A stretch of DNA of 64,000 nucleotides from an uncultured Clostridia bacterium (lineage in GTDB: Bacteria; Bacillota; Clostridia; Christensenellales; CAG-314), in contig CANQGO010000005.1 in assembly GCA_947623225.1 (NCBI GenBank), forward strand, positions 423-64,422, read 5' to 3'. The translations under genes and the position numbers were made by a program. Positions within the stretch are counted from its first letter, which is position 1. Each line of letters begins with the position of its first letter. Positions 26,150 through 36,172 of the stretch are shown in pieces. The notes under the pieces are model-generated. The model searched no databases. It had not been told where the DNA came from and was given only the letters and a program-made list of their open reading frames with translations.

Positions 26150-29100
26150 ATGAAACAATTTGTACACCTGCACCTGCACACGGAATACAGTCTGCTGGAC
26201 GGAGCGACGCGCATAGACGATATGCTGCGCCGTTGTCAGGAACTGAATATGCCCGCCATAGCCGTCACGGACCACGGCAATATGTACTGCGCCTGGAAGT
26301 TTCTCAAGGCGGCGCACGCGGCGGGGATCAAGCCCATCATAGGCTGCGAATTCTATATGTGCGAGAACCTGCACAGCGTAGGCTTCGAGAATAAAGAGTA
26401 TTTCCACCTCATATTGCTTGCCAAGAACAATGTCGGCTACTACAATCTGTGCCGACTGAATTCCATCGCATTCGTAGAGGGCTTCTACTACAAGCCGCGT
26501 ATAGACTTCGAGACGCTCACCAAGTACTCCGAGGGGCTTATATGCCTGTCCGCCTGCATAGCGGGGCAGTTGCCGAGACTGTTGCTCATGGACCGCCCGG
26601 ACGAGGCGCGGGAGTTGGCATTGCAGTACAAGGCACTCTTCGGCGAGGACTATTATATAGAGATACAACGGCACGGCATAGAGGAAGAGGACGCCGTCAT
26701 GCCGCAACTGATCGCGTTGGCGCGGGAGTTGGGCATCAAGATAGTGGTCACCAACGACGTGCATTATCTGAACAAGGAAGACGCGGAGTTGCAGGATGTG
26801 ATGCTGTGCGTGCAGATGGGCAAGTACCTGGACGATACGGACAGAATGAAGTTCCATGGCGAGGAGTTCTATCTCAAGGACTACGACGAGATGGCGATGC
26901 TGTTTCCAAATCTGCCCGAGGCGATGGAGACGACGCTGGAGATAGCGGACAAGTGCAATGTGGACTTCGGCAAGGAGAAGCTGCTGCCGCTGTACACGCC
27001 GCCGGACGGTATGTCCTCCCCCGACTATCTGTGGCTGCTGGTGCAGAAGGGGTTGGAAAAGAAGTATCCCGACCCTACCAAGGAGATACTGGACCGTATC
27101 GACTACGAGTACGGCGTCATATGCAGTATGGGATTCGTGGACTACTATCTCATAGTGTGGGACTTCATCAACTACGCCAAGCAAAACGGTATCCCCGTAG
27201 GCCCCGGACGCGGCAGCGGAGCGGGCAGTGTGATAGCCTACCTCATAGGTATCACGGAGGTGGAACCTTTCCGCTTCAATCTCATGTTCGAGAGATTCCT
27301 CAACCCCCAGCGCAAGTCTATGCCGGACTTCGACGTGGACTTCTGCATGGACCGCCGTGGAGAGGTCATAGACTATGTGCACCGCAAGTACGGCAATGAC
27401 AACGTGTGCCAGATAGTCACCTTCGGCACGATGGCTGCGAAGAACGCCATCAGAGACGTGGCGCGCGTGATGCGCTTTCCCATCAGCGAGTCCAACCGTC
27501 TGGCGAAGATGGTCCCGGACAACTTCAAGTACACGCTCAGGCACCTGCTGGGGCTGGTACCGTACAAGAAGGAAGCGGACGCATACGTGTCCGACGAACT
27601 CATACGCGCATACCATGACCCTGCCACGCACAAACTCATCGACATAGCCATGCGTATAGAAGGCTCGCCGCGTCAGACGGGCATGCACGCAGCGGGAGTG
27701 GTCATCTGCCGTGAGAAGGTGAGCGACCACGTGCCTCTGCAGACCAACGGCGGTTCGTTGGCAAAGGGCGGCATCGTCACCACGCAGTATACCATGACGG
27801 AAGTGGAAGAGTTGGGCTTGCTCAAGATGGACTTCCTCGGACTGCGTACGCTGACGGATATCAAGAAGGCGTGCGACTACGTGTATGAGGACTACGGCGT
27901 CAAGGTGGACTTCAGTACGGACAACTACGACGACCCGAATGTATTCAACCTCATAGGCAGCGGGGACACCATGTGTATATTCCAACTGGAGAGCGGCGGC
28001 ATGTGCGACCTGATGCGCAAGATGAAGCCGACTCACCTGGAAGAGATCATAGCAGGTATCAGCCTGTACCGTCCCGGTCCCATGCAGTATATAGGGGACT
28101 ATATCGACTGCAAGTTCGACAAGTCCAAGATCAAGTACCTGCACCCCTCTATGGAGTCCATACTTGCCGTGACCAACGGCTGTATAGTGTACCAGGAGCA
28201 GGTCATGCAGTTGGTGCAGAAGTTGGCGGGCTTCTCCATGGCACTGGCAGACAACGTGCGCTACGCCATGAGCAAGAAGAAGGCGCAGATGATGAAGGAC
28301 CTTGGGGAGTTGTTCGTACACGGCGGCACCTGGACCAACGGCGAAACGGTGCCCGGCTGCGTCAAAAACGGCATACCCGAGGACGTCGCGCTGGAGATAT
28401 ACAAGCAGCTGGACGACTTCTCGCAGTACGCCTTCAACAAGTCCCACGCCACATGCTACGCATACGTGACCTATCAGACGGCATGGCTCAAGAACTACTA
28501 CCCCGTGGAGTTCATATGCGCCCTGCTCAACAACCGTATCAACGATATCTCCCAGATCAAGAAGTATATGGCGTACGCCAAGTCTCAGGGCATAGAGGTA
28601 TTGCCGCCGGATATCAACAAGAGTCGCGACGAATTCCGCGTGGAGAACGGTGCCATCCGTTTCGGACTGGGCGGTATACGCAATATCGGCGTAGGCGTTG
28701 TGAAAAAGATCGTGGACGAGCGCGAGCGCGGCGGCGAGTTCAAGGATATGCAGGACCTGTTCGAACGCTGTATCGAGCGCGAGACCACAGCCACAGCACG
28801 CGAGGGACAGAGTTTCATCAACAAGCGCATGGTGGAGAACTTCATCAAGGGCGGAGCATTCGACTGCTTCGGCAGGACGCGGGCGGATATGATAGCCCAC
28901 TACAATATAGAATACAACGAGTCTATGGACTCTCTTAAGTCCCGCGCGACGGGTCAGTTGTCCATATTCGACCTCGTGCCCGACGTGAATAAAAGCTCGC
29001 GCAAGAGCCATCAGCAACTGCCCGAGTTCAGCAAGGATATACTGTACAACTACGAAAATGAGGTACTGGGCGTGTATATGACCGGCTCGCCGCTGGACGA

Positions 29101-29710
29101 GTACACGGATATATCCCGACAGTTCCGCTTCGACTTCACCACACAGGAGACCAACGCCGTCGCTGAGTCGGATGAGGAGGACGAACTCTTCCGTCCCACG
29201 GTGAATAAGCGTTTCGTGACCACAGGCGGTATACTCCACGATATCCGCGTAGTGGTGGGCAGAGACAACCAACGTATGGCTTTCGGCACGCTGGAGGATA
29301 TGTGGGGCACCATCGAGGTGAGCGTATTCGGCGCGGTATACGAGAAGTGCAAGGAGATGCTGGCAGAGGACGCCTTTTTGGTGGTACGCGGCAATGTCAC
29401 CGACGCTCGCGAGGGCTACAAGATCAACGTCCGCGAACTCATCAACCCCCACAGCGAGGACGCCATGAAGAACCGCCCCGCTCCGCCCGAGCACAATATC
29501 GTACTCTGGCTGAAGATGGACGAGCGCGACGACGAGAAGTATTCGCGCGTGCTGGAGACGCTGCTACGCTACGAGGGCGAGATCCCCGTGCGCATCAAGA
29601 TAGAAGGCAAACCATACCGTATGGATACCTGCGTGCGCAATTGCCCCGGTATAGTGTACGAACTGGGCGGCATCCTCGGCGACTCCAACGTCATCTTCTT
29701 CGAGAAATAA
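26150..29710 (+). CDS. dnaE: DNA polymerase III alpha subunit
   Basis: PHP domain FVHLHLHTEYSLLDGA, GRGSGAGSVIAYLIGIT, MPDFDVDF and an OB-fold C-terminal region. Confidence 0.92.
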   Translation: MKQFVHLHLHTEYSLLDGATRIDDMLRRCQELNMPAIAVTDHGNMYCAWKFLKAAHAAGIKPIIGCEFYMCENLHSVGFENKEYFHLILLAKNNVGYYNLCRLNSIAFVEGFYYKPRIDFETLTKYSEGLICLSACIAGQLPRLLLMDRPDEARELALQYKALFGEDYYIEIQRHGIEEEDAVMPQLIALARELGIKIVVTNDVHYLNKEDAELQDVMLCVQMGKYLDDTDRMKFHGEEFYLKDYDEMAMLFPNLPEAMETTLEIADKCNVDFGKEKLLPLYTPPDGMSSPDYLWLLVQKGLEKKYPDPTKEILDRIDYEYGVICSMGFVDYYLIVWDFINYAKQNGIPVGPGRGSGAGSVIAYLIGITEVEPFRFNLMFERFLNPQRKSMPDFDVDFCMDRRGEVIDYVHRKYGNDNVCQIVTFGTMAAKNAIRDVARVMRFPISESNRLAKMVPDNFKYTLRHLLGLVPYKKEADAYVSDELIRAYHDPATHKLIDIAMRIEGSPRQTGMHAAGVVICREKVSDHVPLQTNGGSLAKGGIVTTQYTMTEVEELGLLKMDFLGLRTLTDIKKACDYVYEDYGVKVDFSTDNYDDPNVFNLIGSGDTMCIFQLESGGMCDLMRKMKPTHLEEIIAGISLYRPGPMQYIGDYIDCKFDKSKIKYLHPSMESILAVTNGCIVYQEQVMQLVQKLAGFSMALADNVRYAMSKKKAQMMKDLGELFVHGGTWTNGETVPGCVKNGIPEDVALEIYKQLDDFSQYAFNKSHATCYAYVTYQTAWLKNYYPVEFICALLNNRINDISQIKKYMAYAKSQGIEVLPPDINKSRDEFRVENGAIRFGLGGIRNIGVGVVKKIVDERERGGEFKDMQDLFERCIERETTATAREGQSFINKRMVENFIKGGAFDCFGRTRADMIAHYNIEYNESMDSLKSRATGQLSIFDLVPDVNKSSRKSHQQLPEFSKDILYNYENEVLGVYMTGSPLDEYTDISRQFRFDFTTQETNAVAESDEEDELFRPTVNKRFVTTGGILHDIRVVVGRDNQRMAFGTLEDMWGTIEVSVFGAVYEKCKEMLAEDAFLVVRGNVTDAREGYKINVRELINPHSEDAMKNRPAPPEHNIVLWLKMDERDDEKYSRVLETLLRYEGEIPVRIKIEGKPYRMDTCVRNCPGIVYELGGILGDSNVIFFEK

Positions 29711-29754
29711 GCCCCTGTCTACAGAAACGCGAATAAAACATTAGACCGCATACG

Positions 29755-29783
29755 AGCGGCTTGGCAACTGCCAAGCCGCTTTT
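29755..29783 (+). terminator. terminator after dnaE
   Basis: AGCGGCTTGG, a loop, CCAAGCCGCT, then TTT. The U-tract is short. Confidence 0.55.
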
Positions 29784-29870
29784 CGTGCTGTATAAGTGTG
29801 TAGAAGTGGTGCCTGAGCGGGGAGAGGGATATCCCGAGCGCACAGAAGCGGATAAGGAAGGGCGTGACTG

Positions 29871-30749
29871 CTAAACGAAACTGTCCTGCAGTTCTTTCAG
29901 AAATACCTCGGCGCACTTGGGGAATACCTGATATTTTTTCCAGGCGATATCGAGGTGAGATACGAGCCTCGGATAGAGCGGACGAAAACACAGTCGGCTG
30001 TCGCCGGTGGTGTTGATTATATGTTCCAGTCCCACGGCATAGCCCACGCCCTCGGTGACGAAGAGCGAGGCGTTATACATAAGGTTGTATGTGGCGACGA
30101 TATTCAGCTCGTCCGATCTTTTTCTGAACCAATCTGTGATGACGCTTTTGTCCAGCGAATGACGGGAGCGGATAAGAGGCGCGTCCCATAGGTCTTCGGG
30201 GGTTATATATTCCTTCTCCGCGAGCGGACTGTCTTTGCGCATCAGAACGCCCCAGGTATCTACGAGAGGAAGGCGGATATAGTCGTACTTGGTGAGGTCT
30301 GCCGGCTCGATGAATACGCCAAAGTCGATAAGCCCCTTGTCGAGTTTTTCCGCTATAGTTGCCATATCTCCGCTGTAGAGATGAAACTTGACGGCGGGAT
30401 ATCTCTCCCTCACGGCATGCGCCGCCTTCGCCACAAGTTGCATGACGTAACTCTCTCCGCCGCCTATATAGACGTCGCCGCGTATCTCCGCGACGGGCAA
30501 GGCAAGCTCCGATTCCGTCTTTTTTTGCAATTCTATAATTTCCTCGGCGCGTTTTTTGAGAAGCTGACCCGCTTCGGTGAGCGTGATCTTTCTGCTGCCG
30601 CGTATGAAGAGTTGCTGCCCGAGTTCTTCTTCCAGACGCTTCATCTGCCGCGACAGGTTGGGCTGGGATATATACAGCGATTCCGCCGCTTTCAAAATAC
30701 TTTCTTCCCGTGCCACCGCCAAAAAATATCTGAGTTCCCGCAGTTCCAT
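29871..30749 (-). CDS. LysR-family transcriptional regulator
   Basis: MELRELRYFLAVAREESILKAAESLYISQPNLSRQMKRLEEELG wHTH domain. It is divergent from the acetyltransferase operon. Confidence 0.9.
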   Translation of the reverse strand: MELRELRYFLAVAREESILKAAESLYISQPNLSRQMKRLEEELGQQLFIRGSRKITLTEAGQLLKKRAEEIIELQKKTESELALPVAEIRGDVYIGGGESYVMQLVAKAAHAVRERYPAVKFHLYSGDMATIAEKLDKGLIDFGVFIEPADLTKYDYIRLPLVDTWGVLMRKDSPLAEKEYITPEDLWDAPLIRSRHSLDKSVITDWFRKRSDELNIVATYNLMYNASLFVTEGVGYAVGLEHIINTTGDSRLCFRPLYPRLVSHLDIAWKKYQVFPKCAEVFLKELQDSFV

Positions 30750-30880
30750 ACATATACACTCCTTTTTAAGTATTATATTGCCGAAAACTATACTTGTCAA
30801 GCATAGATATTCTATAATATATAAGTATTGGACATATAATATTTTTTCGTATATAATATCGGTGTATATTCGAGGTGGAT

Positions 30881-31450
30881 ATGGACAGAGAACGATTTGC
30901 CGAAACTACGAAGGCAGGGACCTGCCTTGTTGCGGGATCGGAGACGCACCAATACATGCACGACATGTCGCAGCGCGCGCTTGCGCTGACGGCGGAGATC
31001 AACGGAACATATCACAAGCCGGAGGAAGTGAGGCGGTTGTTTTTTGAACTCATCGGAAAAGAATATGACGAAACTTTCGGACTGTTCCCGCCCTTTTCCA
31101 CCGACTACGGGCTGAATATAACGCTCGGCAAGCGCGTTTTTATCAATTCGGGTTGTTGCTTCCAAGATCAGGGCGGTATAGAGATCGGAGACGACTGCCT
31201 CATCGGACAGCAGGTGGTGATCGCAACCTTAAATCACGATTTGGATCCCGAAAGGCGCGGCAATATGTTTCCCGCACCCGTGAAGATCGGAAACAAAGTT
31301 TGGATCGGCGCACACGCCACAATTTTGCCGGGAGTAACGATCGGTAATGGGGCTGTTGTCGGCGCGGGTGCGGTAGTCACCAAGGACGTTCCGGACAATG
31401 CCATCGTGGCAGGCGTTCCGGCAAAAATCATAAAAATCATCAAGGAGTGA
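30881..31450 (+). CDS. sugar (maltose/galactoside-type) O-acetyltransferase, left-handed beta-helix
   Basis: An N-terminal Mac-like region is followed by hexapeptide repeats [13 protein letters not shown] and [31 protein letters not shown] at 30875 is an alternative start. Confidence 0.8.
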   Translation: MDRERFAETTKAGTCLVAGSETHQYMHDMSQRALALTAEINGTYHKPEEVRRLFFELIGKEYDETFGLFPPFSTDYGLNITLGKRVFINSGCCFQDQGGIEIGDDCLIGQQVVIATLNHDLDPERRGNMFPAPVKIGNKVWIGAHATILPGVTIGNGAVVGAGAVVTKDVPDNAIVAGVPAKIIKIIKE

Positions 31451-31454
31451 GATC

Positions 31455-32438
31455 ATGGAAGAATTGAAATTGACGAGAGAGTGGGACAAAGTATTCCCCA
31501 AGAGCGAGCAGGTGGAGCACAGTAAGGCGACGTTCCATAACCGTTACGGCATCACTCTCGCATGCGACGTATACAAGCCGAAAGGTGCAGAGGGCAAACT
31601 CTCCGCAGTTGCGGTGTGCGGTCCCTTCGGCGCGGTCAAGGAACAAAGTTCGGGACTGTATGCACAGGAACTTGCCAAGCGCGGCTTTTTGGCTATCGCG
31701 TTCGACCCGTCTTTCACGGGCGAGAGCGGAGGAATGCCCCGCTATGTTGCCTCTCCGGATATCAATACCGAGGACTTCTCGGCGGCGGTGGACTATCTCT
31801 CCTGCCGCGAGGACGTGGACGCGGACAAGATCGGTATATTGGGTATTTGCGGCTGGGGCGGAATGGCGATAAACGCCGCGGCAATGGATACGAGGATAAA
31901 GGCGACCGTCGCTTCCACCATGTACGATATGACGCGAGTGAACGCCAAAGGCTACTTCGACGCGCAGGACAGCGAGGAGGCGCGCTTTGAAACGAAAAAA
32001 GCCCTCAACGCACAGCGTACCCTCGATTACAAAAAGGGCAACTACGAACTCGGTGGCGGTGTGGTGGATCCGCTTCCCGACGACGCGCCCTTCTTCGTCA
32101 AGGACTATTACGACTACTACAAGACCAAGCGCGGCTACCATGTCCGCAGTCTGAACTCCAACGGCGGCTGGAACAAAACTTACTCGCTTTCCTTTATGAA
32201 TATGCCCATTCTGGCGTATAGCAACGAGATAAGGAGCGCGGTGCTGCTCATTCACGGCGAAAAGGCGCACTCATGCTACTTCTCGAAGGACGCCTACGTC
32301 GCGATGACAAAGGACAGCAAGTACGCGGGTAATAAGGAACTTCTCATTATCCCGAACGCCGTGCATACCGACCTCTACGACCGGCTCGACGTCATTCCGT
32401 TCGACAAGATCGAGACGTTTTTCAAGGCAAATTTGTAA
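31455..32438 (+). CDS. alpha/beta hydrolase, dienelactone-hydrolase-like (Cys nucleophile elbow)
   Basis: The nucleophile elbow is GICGWGG (G-x-C-x-G). Confidence 0.7.
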   Translation: MEELKLTREWDKVFPKSEQVEHSKATFHNRYGITLACDVYKPKGAEGKLSAVAVCGPFGAVKEQSSGLYAQELAKRGFLAIAFDPSFTGESGGMPRYVASPDINTEDFSAAVDYLSCREDVDADKIGILGICGWGGMAINAAAMDTRIKATVASTMYDMTRVNAKGYFDAQDSEEARFETKKALNAQRTLDYKKGNYELGGGVVDPLPDDAPFFVKDYYDYYKTKRGYHVRSLNSNGGWNKTYSLSFMNMPILAYSNEIRSAVLLIHGEKAHSCYFSKDAYVAMTKDSKYAGNKELLIIPNAVHTDLYDRLDVIPFDKIETFFKANL

Positions 32439-32450
32439 TAGCGTAAAGTT

Positions 32451-32969
32451 ATGAAGAAAGTATTCGGAATATCTATACTTATTTTATGGTTATGCTTTTT
32501 TGTCTTTGCGCTTGCGGCTTGCGTTCCGGATGAGCCGTTGCCCGAGCAGACCGCGCCAGAAAAGAATGAACAGTCGTCCGAAAAGTCAAATGCGGACAGC
32601 GAGGCAGAGATGACAGATACGATTTATTTTACGATAGGAACGCATAAAATCGCCGTGAAACTCGAAAACAATGCCGCGACAAAGGCACTTGTCGAGTTGC
32701 TGCAAGAGGGCGACATTACATACACCGCGCACGACTACGGCGGCTTTGAAAAGGTGGGCGATTTGGGACATACCCTCCCACGCGAAGATAAGCAGATGAC
32801 GACCGAAGCGGGCGACGTGATACTCTATCTGGGCGATCGGATCGTACTGTTTTACGGCAGTAATTCGTGGAGTTATACAAAACTCGGCAAGATGCAATGC
32901 TCCGCGAGCGAGATCAAGGAGATTCTTACGGAAAACGACGCCGTCACGGTGAATATCTGTTTGCAATAA
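32451..32969 (+). CDS. cyclophilin-like fold lipoprotein
   Basis: Lipobox LCFFVFALAAC. IYFTIGTHKIAVKLENNAATKALVELL...AGDVILYLGDRIVLFYGSNSWSYTKLGKM matches the pattern of cyclophilin-like fold proteins. Confidence 0.7.
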   Translation: MKKVFGISILILWLCFFVFALAACVPDEPLPEQTAPEKNEQSSEKSNADSEAEMTDTIYFTIGTHKIAVKLENNAATKALVELLQEGDITYTAHDYGGFEKVGDLGHTLPREDKQMTTEAGDVILYLGDRIVLFYGSNSWSYTKLGKMQCSASEIKEILTENDAVTVNICLQ

Positions 32970-32986
32970 CTTCGGAGGAAATATCT

Positions 32987-33526
32987 ATGAACAAAAAAGT
33001 TTTGGTCATATCGTCAAGTTACAGGACTAAAGGCAACTCGGCAAGGCTCGCCGAGCAATTTGCAAAAGGTGCCCTCGAGGCGGGAAACGACGTAGAGTAT
33101 ATCTCCCTGCATGACAAAAAGATAGGTTTCTGCCGCGGGTGTCTTGCCTGTCAAAAGACGAAGAAGTGCGTCATTTCCGACGACGCCGACATTATACGCG
33201 AGAAAATGCTGCATGCGGACGTGGTGGTATTTGCAACGCCCGTTTACTACTACGGCGTAAGCGGACAGCTTAAAACTTTGCTCGATCGCTGCAACCCGCT
33301 GTACGCTTCGGACTATCGATTCCGCGACATATACCTGCTCTTTGCAGCGGCAGAGGACGGCGACGACGCCGAGAAGCGGACGCTGGACAACTTCGACGGC
33401 TGGGCGGTCTGCTTTGACAAGGCACGCTTTGCCGGCTATGTGTTCTGCGGCGGAGTGAACGACGTGGGCGACATAGAAGGCAATATTAAACTCGAAGAAG
33501 CCTACCGACTGGGAAAGTCCGTTTGA
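32987..33526 (+). CDS. flavodoxin-like NAD(P)H-dependent FMN reductase / iron-sulfur flavoprotein family
   Basis: MNKKVLVISSSYRTKGNS, CRGCLAC and FATPVYYYGVSGQLKTLLDR. A GGAGG RBS lies 8 nt upstream of ATG 32987. Confidence 0.8.
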   Translation: MNKKVLVISSSYRTKGNSARLAEQFAKGALEAGNDVEYISLHDKKIGFCRGCLACQKTKKCVISDDADIIREKMLHADVVVFATPVYYYGVSGQLKTLLDRCNPLYASDYRFRDIYLLFAAAEDGDDAEKRTLDNFDGWAVCFDKARFAGYVFCGGVNDVGDIEGNIKLEEAYRLGKSV

Positions 33527-33707
33527 TACGTACCGTTATCTTTCGGTGCGATAGACATAAAATGATACAATAGAATAAACCATCATCAAAGTACAGCGAG
33601 ACCCTCGCTGTGCTTGCATTTTGTACGGGTATAAGCGCGAAAGCGGCGAGGTTTTTACGACCACGCGCGAAATATTATATTTGCAGCGAATTTTTTGGTG
33701 CAGTTGC

Positions 33708-33736
33708 TTGACAAATGCGGCGATTGGTAGTACTAT
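33708..33736 (+). promoter_or_regulatory. sigma-A promoter for the MarR-ABC operon
   Basis: TTGACA, a 17-nt spacer, then TACTAT. Confidence 0.55.
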
Positions 33737-33779
33737 AGGTGAAAGTTCAATTTGGGACTAATTGTCCGGGAAGGGAAAT

Positions 33780-34217
33780 ATGGCAAAAAATGATATATTT
33801 GAGTATATACATAATATATTTTTGGTGAAGCGATACGCCTATGAGGAGACGAGCAGGCGCAACGGGCTGTTGCCAATAGACGTGCATATATTGACATTTG
33901 TGGATATGCACGCGGACGACTCCACGGCGGCGGACATAGAGCGTGATCACAAGATAAAGAAGAATACCATCTCGGTACACGTGGACTATCTGATGAAGAA
34001 CGGGTATCTGGAGCGGCAGTGCAGCGAGGATGACAGGCGCAAGATGGTGCTCCTGCTGACGCCTTCGGGCAAAGCCATCGCCGCCGAGTGCGAGGAGATG
34101 CTTCTGGATATGAACAAGAAGCTGAACGAAGGTCTGACGGACGAGGACAAGGCGACGCTGCTGCGCTGTTTCGAGAGGGTGAACGAGAACGCTCTGAGAC
34201 TACTGAGCGAGCATTGA
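33780..34217 (+). CDS. MarR-family transcriptional regulator
   Basis: Winged-helix region AADIERDHKIKKNTISVHVDYLMKNGYLERQCSEDDRRKMVLLLTPSG. Confidence 0.8.
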   Translation: MAKNDIFEYIHNIFLVKRYAYEETSRRNGLLPIDVHILTFVDMHADDSTAADIERDHKIKKNTISVHVDYLMKNGYLERQCSEDDRRKMVLLLTPSGKAIAAECEEMLLDMNKKLNEGLTDEDKATLLRCFERVNENALRLLSEH

Positions 34218-34291
34218 CATAAAATACAGGCATATTGCATATATATGAGAGCCTCTGCCTTTCATAGGAAGGGCGAGGGCAAGGAGGCAAC

Positions 34292-36172
34292 TTGATAAGA
34301 AAACTTTTGAAAGGAGCGAAAGGGTACGAACTCCAGTCTATATTCACCGTGGTGCTGGTGCTGTGCGAGACGGCACTGGAGGTAGTCCTGCCCATATTCA
34401 TGTCGAATATACTGAACGTGATGCAGTTGTACGCCATGGATCCGACGGGCAAAGGGCTTACGTCCGCCATCACCGTATACGATTTTTGCGGAGGGACGCA
34501 TACGCTCCTGACGTATGGAGTGGGCACGATCGTGCTGGGTATCAAGGACATATTGCTGAACACGGTCTATTCATACGGCATACTCATGGTCATATCCGCG
34601 CTGTGCTCGCTGACATTCGGCGGACTGGCAGGCTGGCTGTGCGCTGTGGCGGGAGCGGGATTCTCCAAGAATATGAGGGGGATGCTGTTCACCAAGATAC
34701 AGAGTTTTTCCTTTGCCAACGTGGACAAGTTCAGCACCGCGTCGCTGGTGACGCGCTCGACTACCGACGTGAACAACGCGCAGAACTCCTTCATGATGAT
34801 CATACGTACCGTCATACGTGCGCCGGCTATGCTCATATTCAGCACGGTCATGGCATTCATGACGGAGCCGAAGATGGCTTGGATATTCTTTGCCGCCATA
34901 CCCGCGCTGGGGTTGGTAATGTTCCTTATATCCACGCGCGTACATCCGCTGTTCAAGGCGATGCTCAAGAAGTACGACAAGATGAACGCCGACGTGCAGG
35001 AGGACCTGGTGGCTATACGCGTGGTGAAGGCATTCGTGAGGGAGGACTACGAGGAGCAAAAGTATCGTGAGTCCACCGAGGCGGTGCGCAAGGCGCAGTT
35101 GAAAGCCGAGAGGTTGATGATATTCATGAACCCGCTGACCAGCTGTATCATGTACGGAACTATAGTGGGCTTGCTCATCATAGGGGGCAAGGATATAGCC
35201 GTAGGCACCATGCAGGGCGGTACGTTGACAGCCATGATGAACTATTGCACGCAGATATTGAGCAGCGTGATGATGATATGCTTCATCGCGGTACAACTCG
35301 TTTTGAGCCGTGCCAGCATAGACCGTATATACGAGGTGCTGGAGACGGAGTCGGATATACGGGACGGCGAGCAGTCGGACAAGACGGTGGACAGCGGCAG
35401 TATAGAGTTCTGCGACGTGGACTTCAGCTATTCGTCCAACGCCGACAACCTGACGCTCGAGCATATCAACTTGTCCGTCAAGGCCGGCGAGACGGTGGGT
35501 ATCATCGGCGGCACCGGAGACGGCAAGAGCAGTCTGGTGCAGTTAATACCGCGATTTTACGACGTATTCAACGGCTGTGTGAAGGTGGACGGCACGGACG
35601 TGAGGGAGTACAGCGTGTACAACCTGCGCGAGGGCGTGTCCATGGTGCTGCAGAAGAACGTTCTTTTCAGCGGTACCATCAGGGAAAACCTGCTGTGGGG
35701 CAACAAGGACGCCACGCAGGAGGAGATAGAGGCGGCTTGCCGCGCCGCATGCGCGCATGACTTCATCATGTCCTTCCCGGGTGGCTACGATACCGATCTG
35801 GGACAGGGCGGCGTGAACGTGTCCGGCGGACAGAAACAGCGTCTGTGCATAGCCAGAGCACTGCTTAAAAAGCCTAAGATAATGATCCTCGACGACTCCA
35901 CCAGCGCGGTGGATACCGCCACGGACGCGCAGATACGCAAAGGTCTCAAAGAGTTGTCGGCGGATATGACCACCATCATAATCGCTCAGCGTCTGTCCTC
36001 TGTGCAGGATTGCGACAAGATAGTCATACTGGATGACGGCAAAATAAACGCCGTAGGCACGCACGAGCAGTTGTTGGCGAGCAACTCCATATACCAGGAG
36101 ATATACCGCTCGCAGCAGAAGGGCACGGCAGACGCCGACGGAGATATACATACGGAAGGGGGTGAGAACTGA
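34292..36172 (+). CDS. ABC exporter, fused permease-ATPase (half-transporter A)
   Basis: TTG start 4 nt after AAGGAGG. Six TM helices, then Walker A GGTGDGKSS, signature VSGGQKQR and Walker B ILILDDSTS-type (IMILDDSTSAVD). Confidence 0.9.
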   Translation: MIRKLLKGAKGYELQSIFTVVLVLCETALEVVLPIFMSNILNVMQLYAMDPTGKGLTSAITVYDFCGGTHTLLTYGVGTIVLGIKDILLNTVYSYGILMVISALCSLTFGGLAGWLCAVAGAGFSKNMRGMLFTKIQSFSFANVDKFSTASLVTRSTTDVNNAQNSFMMIIRTVIRAPAMLIFSTVMAFMTEPKMAWIFFAAIPALGLVMFLISTRVHPLFKAMLKKYDKMNADVQEDLVAIRVVKAFVREDYEEQKYRESTEAVRKAQLKAERLMIFMNPLTSCIMYGTIVGLLIIGGKDIAVGTMQGGTLTAMMNYCTQILSSVMMICFIAVQLVLSRASIDRIYEVLETESDIRDGEQSDKTVDSGSIEFCDVDFSYSSNADNLTLEHINLSVKAGETVGIIGGTGDGKSSLVQLIPRFYDVFNGCVKVDGTDVREYSVYNLREGVSMVLQKNVLFSGTIRENLLWGNKDATQEEIEAACRAACAHDFIMSFPGGYDTDLGQGGVNVSGGQKQRLCIARALLKKPKIMILDDSTSAVDTATDAQIRKGLKELSADMTTIIIAQRLSSVQDCDKIVILDDGKINAVGTHEQLLASNSIYQEIYRSQQKGTADADGDIHTEGGEN

